Source: Chloroflexota bacterium
Lineage (GTDB): Bacteria; Chloroflexota; UBA11872; VXOZ01
Length of the DNA: 64,000 bases
NCBI GenBank assembly: GCA_012270555.1
Contig: JAAXIC010000029.1
Coordinates: 11,601-75,600 of the forward strand
Direction of reading: 5' to 3'
In this document: positions 56,223-64,000 of the stretch, piece by piece
Layout: the number at the start of each line of letters is the position of its first letter
Position numbering within the stretch: position 1 is the stretch's first letter
The notes under the pieces: generated by a model
What the model was told of the DNA's origin: nothing
What the model saw: the letters and a program-made list of their open reading frames with translations, nothing else
Database searches by the model: none
Made by a program: the position numbers and the translations under genes

Positions 56223-58046
56223 TCACCCGGGTAGCTGCGGCACCTGGCCCGGTTGCTCCTCCGGCGGCACGATCTTCGTGCCAACGAGCCAGCGCTCTCG
56301 CCATGGCCGGTAGCGGCTGCGAAACCGGTCGACGTGGGACTTTCCATCGATCACGACCTCTCGGTGAATCTCAGCATCCACGCCGTCCACTGCCCACTCG
56401 ATCTGCAAACGCTCACCCAGAGGAAGGTCAGGGTCTTCTTTGTCTGGCAAGGGCGGGCCGTGCTCCACCCAGTTCTTGGCGACGGCAGGTAGCATGCGCA
56501 CCCATCGGTTTAGACTGCGACCGTGAAACACGAACTTGAGTTCCATGGATTCTTCGTCAACGTGCGTTTGGATGAGGATAGGGTGTTCCGAATCGTTGAC
56601 GAATTTGAGGTCGACACCCGGATCATAAACCGCGGCATCGAACCCCGGCGGACTCCCATCACGTTCGTAATAGCCGACGCGATAAGAATGTTGATTGCGC
56701 TCTATGATCGGCAGGCCGGCCCAGAACGCCGCGCGGAACATGGTTGTTGATACTTGGCAGACTCCTCCGCCGACGCCCGGCACCGTCTGATCGCCAAAGA
56801 TGATCAGACTGGATTGGTAGCCGTCGTCGCGCGTGATCGGGCCCAGTACGTTTAGGAATGAGAACGTCTCTCCCGGCGGGATCACGTAGCCGTGGAGCTT
56901 GGAGGCTGCATGGGCGATGTTGTGGGCGCGCTCAACCGGAGACCCGGCAAATAAGGAAACACCTTCCGCAATAACGTTCTCAAACCCCCAGTTGTGCATG
57001 TTCTGCGCTGTGTACATCGGCTCTCGGACCTGAGCCGGGAGGTAAAGCGCCGTAATACCTTGCTCAATGGCAGCCTGCGCGGTAGCCAGGAGCACATCGG
57101 AATCGGTTTGATACCCCTGCGCGGCCGGCTCCTGTAGGTGCACTGCTTCATCGCGGACGGTGAAGCGTGCGTTTGTGGGAGGCCGCGTTGCCTCGACAGA
57201 AACCTGGTCCAGCCACTCTTGGAGTAACTTGGGATCTCCCATGATTGCCAAGCGGCCCTCCTCCGGGTCTTGGTGAATCTGCAACCAGGGTGTCAACGTA
57301 CTCCCTGGTACCTCCCAACCATCACCAGCAAGCTCGAAGCGCAAGCCTTGGGCAACCAGCGTATCGAATACTGACTTTGTCTCTTCGGCCATTTGCACTG
57401 TGATCGGCGGCACGAGGGTCACAACAGGCAAGTTGACCATCTGACGCTGGGGTGGATCGGACGGCAGTTTCATCAGCCTTAACGTAGCTTCGCGGTCTAA
57501 TTGCTTGCCATCGGCACCGGGCACAACGCGCACCCGGTTGGTCTGGCGCTCCAGCGTTGAGTTTTCGGGCGAGCGGTCGATCTGCTGTGCAATAGCATTC
57601 AAGAAATCCAAGGCCACCGTAGAGTTCAAGAATATCGGCAAATCAACCTGGTTGCGCGCACTCAGTCCCGAGAACCAGTACCACATGCGCCGCCGCTCAC
57701 GAGCAAAGGCCGCGCGAATTGCTTCTTCGATTTCTACAATGAGACCGATCTCCGTGGCAGTGGGTGTCCACGTGGCTTCTTCGTAGCCGAAGACTACTGG
57801 GCTGTGGAGGTAGTCTTGCCACTGCGCCGCAACCAGCGCATTTGCCTCCGTCATCGACAAACCGGAAATGTCCACGGAGCCAATAAAGGTGCCGGGCAGT
57901 GCGTACCGAGCAGCCTGGGATCGCAAGACACCAAACACCGATCCCCCTGCCACGCCCGCAACCGGCACGGCAGCGACTTTCAGCAGCAGCCGCCTGGGTA
58001 TCCGGTGAGAGCTTGTCTTCCACGCGTAGCGCGATCGCATTGACAT
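56223..58046 (-). CDS. VanW family protein (YoaR-like)
   Basis: N-terminal TM, long extracellular region and C-terminal VanW domain (…PGVGGGVCQVSTTMFRAAFWAGLPIIERNQHSYRVGYY…). Confidence 0.75.
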   Translation of the reverse strand: MSMRSRYAWKTSSHRIPRRLLLKVAAVPVAGVAGGSVFGVLRSQAARYALPGTFIGSVDISGLSMTEANALVAAQWQDYLHSPVVFGYEEATWTPTATEIGLIVEIEEAIRAAFARERRRMWYWFSGLSARNQVDLPIFLNSTVALDFLNAIAQQIDRSPENSTLERQTNRVRVVPGADGKQLDREATLRLMKLPSDPPQRQMVNLPVVTLVPPITVQMAEETKSVFDTLVAQGLRFELAGDGWEVPGSTLTPWLQIHQDPEEGRLAIMGDPKLLQEWLDQVSVEATRPPTNARFTVRDEAVHLQEPAAQGYQTDSDVLLATAQAAIEQGITALYLPAQVREPMYTAQNMHNWGFENVIAEGVSLFAGSPVERAHNIAHAASKLHGYVIPPGETFSFLNVLGPITRDDGYQSSLIIFGDQTVPGVGGGVCQVSTTMFRAAFWAGLPIIERNQHSYRVGYYERDGSPPGFDAAVYDPGVDLKFVNDSEHPILIQTHVDEESMELKFVFHGRSLNRWVRMLPAVAKNWVEHGPPLPDKEDPDLPLGERLQIEWAVDGVDAEIHREVVIDGKSHVDRFRSRYRPWRERWLVGTKIVPPEEQPGQVPQLPG

Positions 58047-58885
58047 GCTAGAACTCCGCGGAAATGTCTATCGCGCTGATTTCCATAGTCTTCTGCTACT
58101 GGCTGCATCAAGCAACCGTTCGGACATTAAGGTTCTATTGTGCAAAATGTACCGCTCCAAACTTGCGGTTAACTCCAGGAGCCATCAGTCGAAGCCTGTC
58201 CAAACTCGGAAGAACTCGAAGAGGGCAGGGCTTCATTGTCACTGGTTTGCCTATCCCACACATTCCAGAGCTGTTTTGCAGAAACTGCGGACATAGGACC
58301 CGTTTGGCAAGTTGCTATAGCTAGCTCTACTCTTGTAAGAAAAGGGCGACCCCGCACCAGTTGGCGAGCGCCGTACATACGTGCGGAGACCCAATTGCGG
58401 CAACGGGCCTGACGCCATGGAACAGGTGCTCGTTGCCATTGGGGTGCACTCGAAACCGAGGTGGCGGGGTTAGACATGCCACCTCCACATGAAAGTAAGG
58501 CTCTCCTGCCGTACCACGTCATTGCGATCTTCCTCGACATTGAGGTTACGTGGAATCCTCACTTTCCAATGTATTATAGCACTACTTTAAAAGAAAGTGC
58601 CCTTCACGACATCTTCACTTGCTTTCGTTCAAACGCCAGGTACCTGGCGACGTTCGTTTCCGGCAGCGCTTGGATGTGCCTTCGCAAACGGACGAAGTGC
58701 GGCGCTCTGTCCCTGGCGCACGGCTCGTGAGCACTCACTGGCGCGATGAACATCTTCAGTAGCCAAGCCGGTACTTGGCTAATGACATCTGCGTCAAGCC
58801 ATGGAGCGCAAGGTCTTGCCCTTCCGGGTCTCACTTTAGCTTGTGAATCATGAGATTCTTGTGAAGACTTGCACTCAACACACAC

Positions 58886-59287
58886 CTAGTCAAAGACGGC
58901 TATCGCATCAATCTCGACGAGCCAGTCTTCACCCGACAACGATCCGATCTGCACCATGGTGGCGGTGGGGTACGGCGGTGCGAAAATCTCGTTGCGGATG
59001 CCGGTGACGACGGCCCGGAAGCGAATGTCGGTAACGTACATATTGAGGTGCGCCACGTTCTCAAGCGAGCCACCGGCCGCTTTGCAGAGCGCCTCGATGT
59101 TGGCGTAAACTTTGCGCGTCTGGGCTTCGATGTCGCCCTTCCCTACGAGGTCGCCGTTCTCATCTACCGGAAACTGGCCGGCAATGAACAGCACGCGCTT
59201 GATGCCATCGATCATCAGGCCTTGGGAGAAGTTGCTGAAAGGCGGGCAGACGCCTTCGCCGAGGATGGTCTTCTTTTCTAACGGCAT
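58886..59287 (-). CDS. ridA: RidA family protein (YjgF/TdcF reactive-intermediate deaminase)
   Basis: 133 aa; conserved RidA blocks (…AGGSLENVAHLNMYVTDI…; C-terminal …SLSGEDWLVEIDAIAV). Confidence 0.8.
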   Translation of the reverse strand: MPLEKKTILGEGVCPPFSNFSQGLMIDGIKRVLFIAGQFPVDENGDLVGKGDIEAQTRKVYANIEALCKAAGGSLENVAHLNMYVTDIRFRAVVTGIRNEIFAPPYPTATMVQIGSLSGEDWLVEIDAIAVFD

Positions 59288-59530
59288 ACTCTTTTGACTC
59301 CTAAGGTGTGAATCATAGATTTCTCGCTGCGCTCGAAATGACAGGATACCTTAAATCGATAGATTGCCACGAATTGACAACACAATCTTGAGTTGGCGCA
59401 AAGTCTCAAGATCACTCTGCAAATTCATTGGGCAACAACCATGCCGCGTACTGGGGTCAAAATGAACATTCGCCCCCTCGTTTCCAAAGGGGCGAACGTC
59501 TGACCAAAGCCAAATGGCAAAGGGTGAGCC

Positions 59531-60964
59531 CTAGCCCTTGTCGGCGTAGTACTCGTCAATCATCTCCTGCATGATCTTGCCGGCGCTTTGCATCGCTTCC
59601 GCGACGGTCAATTCCTGACTCCACGCCATGTTCATGTGGTCCAGGTAGACCCGGCGAATATCAACATAGTTGGGGTAGATTTGCGTCATGAAGCCGTTGC
59701 CCTCGCCAATCGGCTCCGTGATTGGGGTCAATTCGCGCGGAGGACGCGCCTTCTGCTCCGCCAAGCGCGGGTCATCCCAGGCCGATTTCACCACGGGCAT
59801 GCCGTAGTTCAGCAACGTGGTGACGCCGACCTGCACCTCGAGATCGGTGCTGATGAACTTTATCAGTTCCCACGTGGCGTCGGGACTCTTGGCGCCCGAC
59901 CACATGTACTGCACCGGGGTGTAGCTGCCCACCGCGTCCGAGTTTTCGCTCGCAACGCTATGGGCCGGGAAGCGCCGCGCTTTGACCGGCAATTCCTCGA
60001 CGCCCGGCACGTTCCAGCCGGATTCAGTGTTGAACCACGTGTGGAATACCGCGGCGCGCTGGTGCACGAACGGTGAATCACGACGTTGTTCCGCCGGAAT
60101 GGTGTCATTGAGCGCCGCCACGTCTTCCCGGGTCGGCTTTACGCGGTACCTAAACTCAAGGTCATACAGGAACTGGATGACATCGATGAACTCCGGTTCG
60201 TGCAGCCGGAAGCGCGCGTAGTCGTCGGTGACGAAGTTCGTGCCGTTTTGGATCAGCATCGTCGGCACTTCGGTGGTGGAGTCGTTGCGACTATAGAAAC
60301 CCCAAATGGGATTCTGATCGGCGCTGGAGCGTTGCGTGATCTCGCGCGCAGTCTCGAGCAATTCGCCGCCGTCACTGGGATTCCAGGTTTTCGGCGGTTC
60401 GTTGATGCCAAACCTATCGAGAAGGGCCGTGTTGTAGATTTGGATAGTAGCCAGCACGCCGTAAGGGAACGTCCATGACTTACCTTCGGGGTCCTGCAGC
60501 CAATCGATGCCCACCACGTCGGCAATCGCGGCCGCGTCGCGCTTAACAAAAGGCGTTAGGTCAGCAATATAGCCGGCGTCCCGATACTGAGGATAGCGGG
60601 TAGGCTCCGGGCCGAGGATGTCCGGCGAGGATCCGGCAGCGAGTTCCACCACCTGCTTTTCCATAAGCGCCCGATACGCCATGGACTGCCAGTTGACCGT
60701 GATGTTGGGATGCAGTTCTGCGAACGGGCCGAGCACGAGGTCCTCGAAAGCGCCCGCGTTCTCATGTATGTTCACGACCCAGTTAACGCTGACCGTCGCC
60801 TCTTCCATCGCGGGCATGTCTTCTGACTTAGGCGCATCGTCGGCCTCCGGCGCGGCAGCCGGCGCCTGCGCCACGCCGCAAGCAGCAAACACGGCCACGG
60901 TGCCCGCGCCCGCCGTTGTTGCCAATAGGCCACGACGCGTGATGTTTGTACGTTGTTCCGTCAT
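59531..60964 (-). CDS. ABC transporter substrate-binding protein (family 1 extracellular solute-binding), Tat-lipoprotein
   Basis: TRRGLLATTAGAG twin-Arg, lipobox FAACG, then Ala/Pro/Glu/Asp linker; SBP_bac_1-like fold. Paralog of 61168..62601 (same length 477 aa, about 60% aa identity by eye). Confidence 0.8.
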   Translation of the reverse strand: MTEQRTNITRRGLLATTAGAGTVAVFAACGVAQAPAAAPEADDAPKSEDMPAMEEATVSVNWVVNIHENAGAFEDLVLGPFAELHPNITVNWQSMAYRALMEKQVVELAAGSSPDILGPEPTRYPQYRDAGYIADLTPFVKRDAAAIADVVGIDWLQDPEGKSWTFPYGVLATIQIYNTALLDRFGINEPPKTWNPSDGGELLETAREITQRSSADQNPIWGFYSRNDSTTEVPTMLIQNGTNFVTDDYARFRLHEPEFIDVIQFLYDLEFRYRVKPTREDVAALNDTIPAEQRRDSPFVHQRAAVFHTWFNTESGWNVPGVEELPVKARRFPAHSVASENSDAVGSYTPVQYMWSGAKSPDATWELIKFISTDLEVQVGVTTLLNYGMPVVKSAWDDPRLAEQKARPPRELTPITEPIGEGNGFMTQIYPNYVDIRRVYLDHMNMAWSQELTVAEAMQSAGKIMQEMIDEYYADKG

Positions 60965-61167
60965 CTTTCGTTTCCTCCAGAATTGACTGCGAACGACACA
61001 CGTGCGCCCATGGCAGATTTAGTTCAAGATGCTCGGGCGCAGATTGCTACCCCCCCACATTGACCTCCTTTCCGGCCAGCATTCACTGGGCTTGGATTAT
61101 GCTCTGCTTCGCTGTGTCAATTCTAAAGCAAGGGGCGACTATTGACAATCGCCCCTTGCTGAAATCT

Positions 61168-62601
61168 TTACTCTTTCTCGGCCCAGTACGCGTCTATCAC
61201 CGCCTGCGTGTGTTTGCTGGAGTTCTGCATGGCTTCCTCAACGGTGAGCTCCTGCTTCCACACTAGCGATTTTTGCTCGTTGAAGAATCCCAAATGCTCC
61301 CGCCAGCCGGGGAAGATCTGGGTGATAAAGCCGCGGCCTTCCCGGAGCGGCTCGGCAATGGCGCTAATCTCGCGCGGCGGACGGGTCTTGGTCGCCGCCA
61401 GACGGGGATCGTCCCACGCATTTGCGTTCGCCGACAGGCCGTAGTTGAGCAGTGTTGTCACCGCCACACCAAACTCGATGTCCGACATGGCGAACTTCAT
61501 GAACTCCCAGACGGCATCCGGGTGCTTTGCGCCGGACCACATGTATTGCACCGCCGTCCAACCGCCTACCTTGTCGGAAGTCGGCCCTCCCTTGCTGTTC
61601 TCCAGCATGGGTACGGCCTTCATGGGCAGGTTTTCCACGTCTGGGTGTGTCCAGCCGCTCTCGGCGTTGAACCAGGTATTATTCATCGCCGCGCGCCCGT
61701 GCACGAAGAGCGCGTCGCGATGCCGGCCCTCGCCCAAGGTCTCTCTGAACGCAGCTTTCGCTTCAGCGGAGGGGGCCACGCGGTACTTGAACTCAAGGTC
61801 AAACATAAACTGTATGGCCTCGATGAATTCAGGCTCGTGCATGGTTGCCCGCCTCAGGTCGTCGTCGAGGAAATTGCCGCCGTTCTGAACGACGTAGGTA
61901 CTCAACTCGGTTGTGTAGTCTGCGCCGGTGTAAATGCCCCAAATCGGGTCTGGCTCGCTGCTTGACCTACTCGTTATCTCCCGCGCGACGTCAATGTACT
62001 CGCCGCCGTCACTGGCATTCCACTGCCGTGGCGGCTCGCTGATCCCATACTTGTCGAAGATGGACGTATTGTAAATGTGGATGGTGCCGAGCGCCGTATA
62101 GGGCATGGACCAGAAGCGTCCCTGCGGGTCGACGATCCAATCCAGCGCCACGGTGTCTCCGAGTTGACTCTGGTCGCGCTTGTAGAGGTCGGTGACTTCC
62201 CGCACAAACCCCTTGTCCGTCCACTCAATCCACCGCGTAGGATCGGGGGTGAGGATGTCGATGGCCTCGTTAGCGGCCAACTCGGCCAGCATCTTGTCAT
62301 AATGCGCCCGGTACGGTGAGCCTTCGTACTTGAGATCAATGTCGGGATGCATCTCCCTGAACCGGTTAATCACCCCGTCCTCGAACGCTTGCGCGTTCTC
62401 CGCGACGTTCACGATCCAACGCACGTTGACGGTTGCGGGCTCCGCCTTAGGCATGTCTTCAGCCTCCGGCGCGTCATCGGCTTCCGGTGCCGCGGTCGGA
62501 GCCTGGGCCACGCCGCAGGCGGCCAAGAGAGCGGCTCCGCTGAGACCGGCTGCGCCGGCGAGAAAACGCCGCCTACTCAAGCTGCTGAATGTGCTACGCA
62601 T
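61168..62601 (-). CDS. ABC transporter substrate-binding protein (family 1), Tat-lipoprotein; tandem paralog
   Basis: SRRRFLAGAAG twin-Arg, lipobox LAACG; collinear similarity to previous gene across whole length. Confidence 0.8.
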   Translation of the reverse strand: MRSTFSSLSRRRFLAGAAGLSGAALLAACGVAQAPTAAPEADDAPEAEDMPKAEPATVNVRWIVNVAENAQAFEDGVINRFREMHPDIDLKYEGSPYRAHYDKMLAELAANEAIDILTPDPTRWIEWTDKGFVREVTDLYKRDQSQLGDTVALDWIVDPQGRFWSMPYTALGTIHIYNTSIFDKYGISEPPRQWNASDGGEYIDVAREITSRSSSEPDPIWGIYTGADYTTELSTYVVQNGGNFLDDDLRRATMHEPEFIEAIQFMFDLEFKYRVAPSAEAKAAFRETLGEGRHRDALFVHGRAAMNNTWFNAESGWTHPDVENLPMKAVPMLENSKGGPTSDKVGGWTAVQYMWSGAKHPDAVWEFMKFAMSDIEFGVAVTTLLNYGLSANANAWDDPRLAATKTRPPREISAIAEPLREGRGFITQIFPGWREHLGFFNEQKSLVWKQELTVEEAMQNSSKHTQAVIDAYWAEKE

Positions 62602-62694
62602 GACAATACTCCTGATGGATTTTCTTGGCGTACTCTATTTTACGCCCCCCCCCAAGCAATTGAAGGCACGACCTCCTTTCCATACTACGCCTGG

Positions 62695-63504
62695 CTAAGC
62701 GGGCGAGAGAGCTGCTCTGAATTCTTCCCCTGTGGCGGTAAGCGCACCGCCGATTTCGAGCCAGTGGATGAATGCCTTGGTCATGAGGTTTTCGCCGGTG
62801 GACCACGCAGTCTCCGAGGCGGCGGTGCAGTCCCGGAGCACAATGGTGCGGTAGCGGTTGCGGGTCTGCAGAATGCCGCCGGGCTTCATGAGCAGGCAGA
62901 AGTTGAGAAGGAACCCCACGTAGACGAGATTGAGAATCTTGCGTTCTTTAAGGAAACGCTCTATCTGCTGAGGTTGGGAAAATAGAGAGTCACGTGGGTC
63001 GGGTTTGACGCAGTCGGCAAAGTCGTAGTTGTCGCGAATCTTCTGCCAGGGCTCCGCGTAGCCTTCACCAAAGACTGTGCTGGAGTACTCGGCCAACAAC
63101 TCCCGGCGGAATTCAGGCGGCGGCCAGTCGGGGGTGTCGTCTGCGGGTATTCTTGACGGATCCGGCGGCTCAAACCCCGGATAGCGCGCGAGAATTTGGG
63201 GCGGTTCGTTGTGGATGACCGGCACCCCGGCGTCGCGCGCCGCCTGGAGTACGGGCACGATCTCCTCTGCCATGATCTTACCGGCCCGCTTTGCCACACC
63301 ATGCCCGCCCATGTAGTTGTACTCCCAGTACTTGTCCACACCGGGAATGATGGGATCGCCGTCGCCGCCAAGATTCCACATGTCAATAGCGATGACCGCC
63401 GTGTTCGCGGTATCAATCGCTACCGTCTTGTGCACGTGGCCGTAATTGCGGTCGTCATACGCCTGCCCGGGCAGCGGGTGGACGCGATAGGAGCGCACTG
63501 GCAT
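62695..63504 (-). CDS. isochorismatase-family hydrolase (cysteine hydrolase) - tentative
   Basis: VIAIDMWN block resembles isochorismatase ALLVIDMQNDF; C-terminal LVYVGFLLNFCL resembles catalytic-Cys region (…GvatnvCV…). ATG 63504 (MPVRSYRV…) preferred. Confidence 0.5.
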   Translation of the reverse strand: MPVRSYRVHPLPGQAYDDRNYGHVHKTVAIDTANTAVIAIDMWNLGGDGDPIIPGVDKYWEYNYMGGHGVAKRAGKIMAEEIVPVLQAARDAGVPVIHNEPPQILARYPGFEPPDPSRIPADDTPDWPPPEFRRELLAEYSSTVFGEGYAEPWQKIRDNYDFADCVKPDPRDSLFSQPQQIERFLKERKILNLVYVGFLLNFCLLMKPGGILQTRNRYRTIVLRDCTAASETAWSTGENLMTKAFIHWLEIGGALTATGEEFRAALSPA

Positions 63505-63599
63505 GTGAAATGTGGCCATAGTTGATACCGCAAACGATTGGACTGTTCAGAACCGACGTCTTGCCGATGACTCCTCCGTGATCCATCTGTCCGATGTCC

Positions 63600-63825
63600 G
63601 TTCACCCTTCGACAAGCTCAGGGCGAACGGTTTGTTGGTAGCCTAATTCTTTGACAGGCTTTGGGCGAGCGGTCTGTTGGCTGCCTTACCCTTCGACAGG
63701 CTCAGGGCGAACGGTTAATCGTGATGCTCTATCTGAAACTGAGTTGCTTGCTCATGCTGAGCCTGCCTATCGTCCGTTCATGCTGAGCTTACCTTTCGTC
63801 CGTTCGTGCTGAGCTTGTCGAAGCA
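63600..63825. repeat. MITE-like inverted-repeat element with internal short tandem sub-repeats
   Basis: Left arm cccttcgacaagctcagggcgaacgg (about 63605) and right arm ccgttcgtgctgagcttgtcgaag (about 63800) are near-perfect reverse complements (22/24). Between them three direct about 43-nt copies of the left motif and three about 30-nt copies of the inverted motif (…cgtccgttcatgctgagc…). No ORF. Confidence 0.45.
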
Positions 63826-63860
63826 CCTCTTGGCCTGCTGAGCGAATACACGAATTATCC

Positions 63861-64000
63861 TTAATAGGGTCGATTGAATGGTACCGTTGCCTCGGCAACC
63901 TCCTCCGACACCCTTCCCGCGTCCCGCGCGCGGCGCAGTTCCAGCAGGGTATCCTCCACCGCCTCCAGCGTCTCCGCCACGTCCTCGTCGCTGTGCGCGT
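63861..64000 (-). CDS. 3' end of a minus-strand CDS continuing beyond window (hypothetical, acidic C-terminus …VAETLEAVEDTLLELRRARDAGRVSEEVAEATVPFNRPY*)
   Basis: Open frame on minus strand from window edge to TAA (complement of tta at about 63861-63863); GC3-rich codons consistent with host coding bias. Confidence 0.4.
   Translation of the reverse strand, partial: AHSDEDVAETLEAVEDTLLELRRARDAGRVSEEVAEATVPFNRPY

Noticed and set aside
58047-58885. RNase P RNA, tmRNA or SRP RNA in the low-GC gap
   Set aside because: Did not find the conserved P4 (AGTCCGGGC), tmRNA tag-reading-frame or tRNA-like end, or SRP domain IV motifs by eye; cannot exclude other ncRNAs.
63600-63830. CRISPR array
   Set aside because: Repeats are not uniform in length or spacing (about 43 and about 30 nt periods, mixed orientation), only 3+3 units, no cas genes; better explained as an inverted-repeat (MITE/REP-like) element.

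Overview
This window is high-GC (about 60-65%), densely coded bacterial chromosomal DNA. Domain content and gene order fit a Chloroflexota-like organism (rex directly upstream of a 12-gene nuo operon lacking nuoE/F, PD40 lipoproteins, Tat-lipoprotein binding proteins). That phylum call is inference only.

Gene content, left to right:
- 1-5118: the 3' end of a GH51 arabinofuranosidase, then a compact plus-strand operon of a cyclophilin-like DUF3830 protein, an XRE-HTH::metallo-beta-lactamase fusion, a Crp/Fnr regulator and a DUF3179 Tat-lipoprotein.
- 5119-5500: an AT-rich 380-bp region.
- 5502-16991: an 11.5-kb plus-strand cluster of four very large secreted or lipoprotein genes built from eukaryote-like domains. 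These are fibronectin-III arrays, a metzincin-like protease domain, cadherin repeats, TolB-like PD40 beta-propellers and plant-specific leucine-rich repeats with LRRNT/LRRCT caps.
- That cluster also carries a tandem duplication with a decayed gene remnant, and a roughly 2.4-kb intragenic tandem repeat.
- 17320-24234: housekeeping and metabolic genes: ThiO-like FAD oxidase, nucleoside hydrolase, MOSC, SDR, phosphofructokinase, MFS transporter and an FmdB zinc ribbon.
- 24483-25457: holB.
- 25470-32881: a minus-strand exopolysaccharide cluster with a BY-kinase, two Wzz-like modulators, two GT4 transferases, a priming sugar transferase and a secreted unknown protein.
- 33252-41933: a sugar-phosphate isomerase, rarA, an AttFGH-like ABC system (ATPase, double FtsX permease, CrtC/lipocalin AttH-like protein), and a chloramphenicol-phosphotransferase-like kinase.
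- 42046-55704: tRNA-Arg(CCG), then rex-nuoABCDGHIJKLMN on the minus strand with a good Rex operator upstream of rex.
- 56223-63504: a VanW-family protein, RidA, two tandem paralogous Tat-lipoprotein solute-binding proteins and an isochorismatase-like hydrolase.
- 63600-64000: a roughly 220-bp MITE-like inverted-repeat element at the 3' end, followed by the end of a partial minus-strand CDS.

The most interesting feature is the eukaryote-like-protein surface cluster. It looks like a candidate host-interaction or adhesion module and is probably an accessory island.

Caveat on coordinates: in a few places my base-by-base reading of the printed sequence differed by 1 nt from the ORF track (seen around 41.7-45.3 kb). 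CDS coordinates therefore follow the ORF track with in-frame start refinements, and my own derived positions (tRNA, motifs, hairpins) may be off by 1-2 nt.
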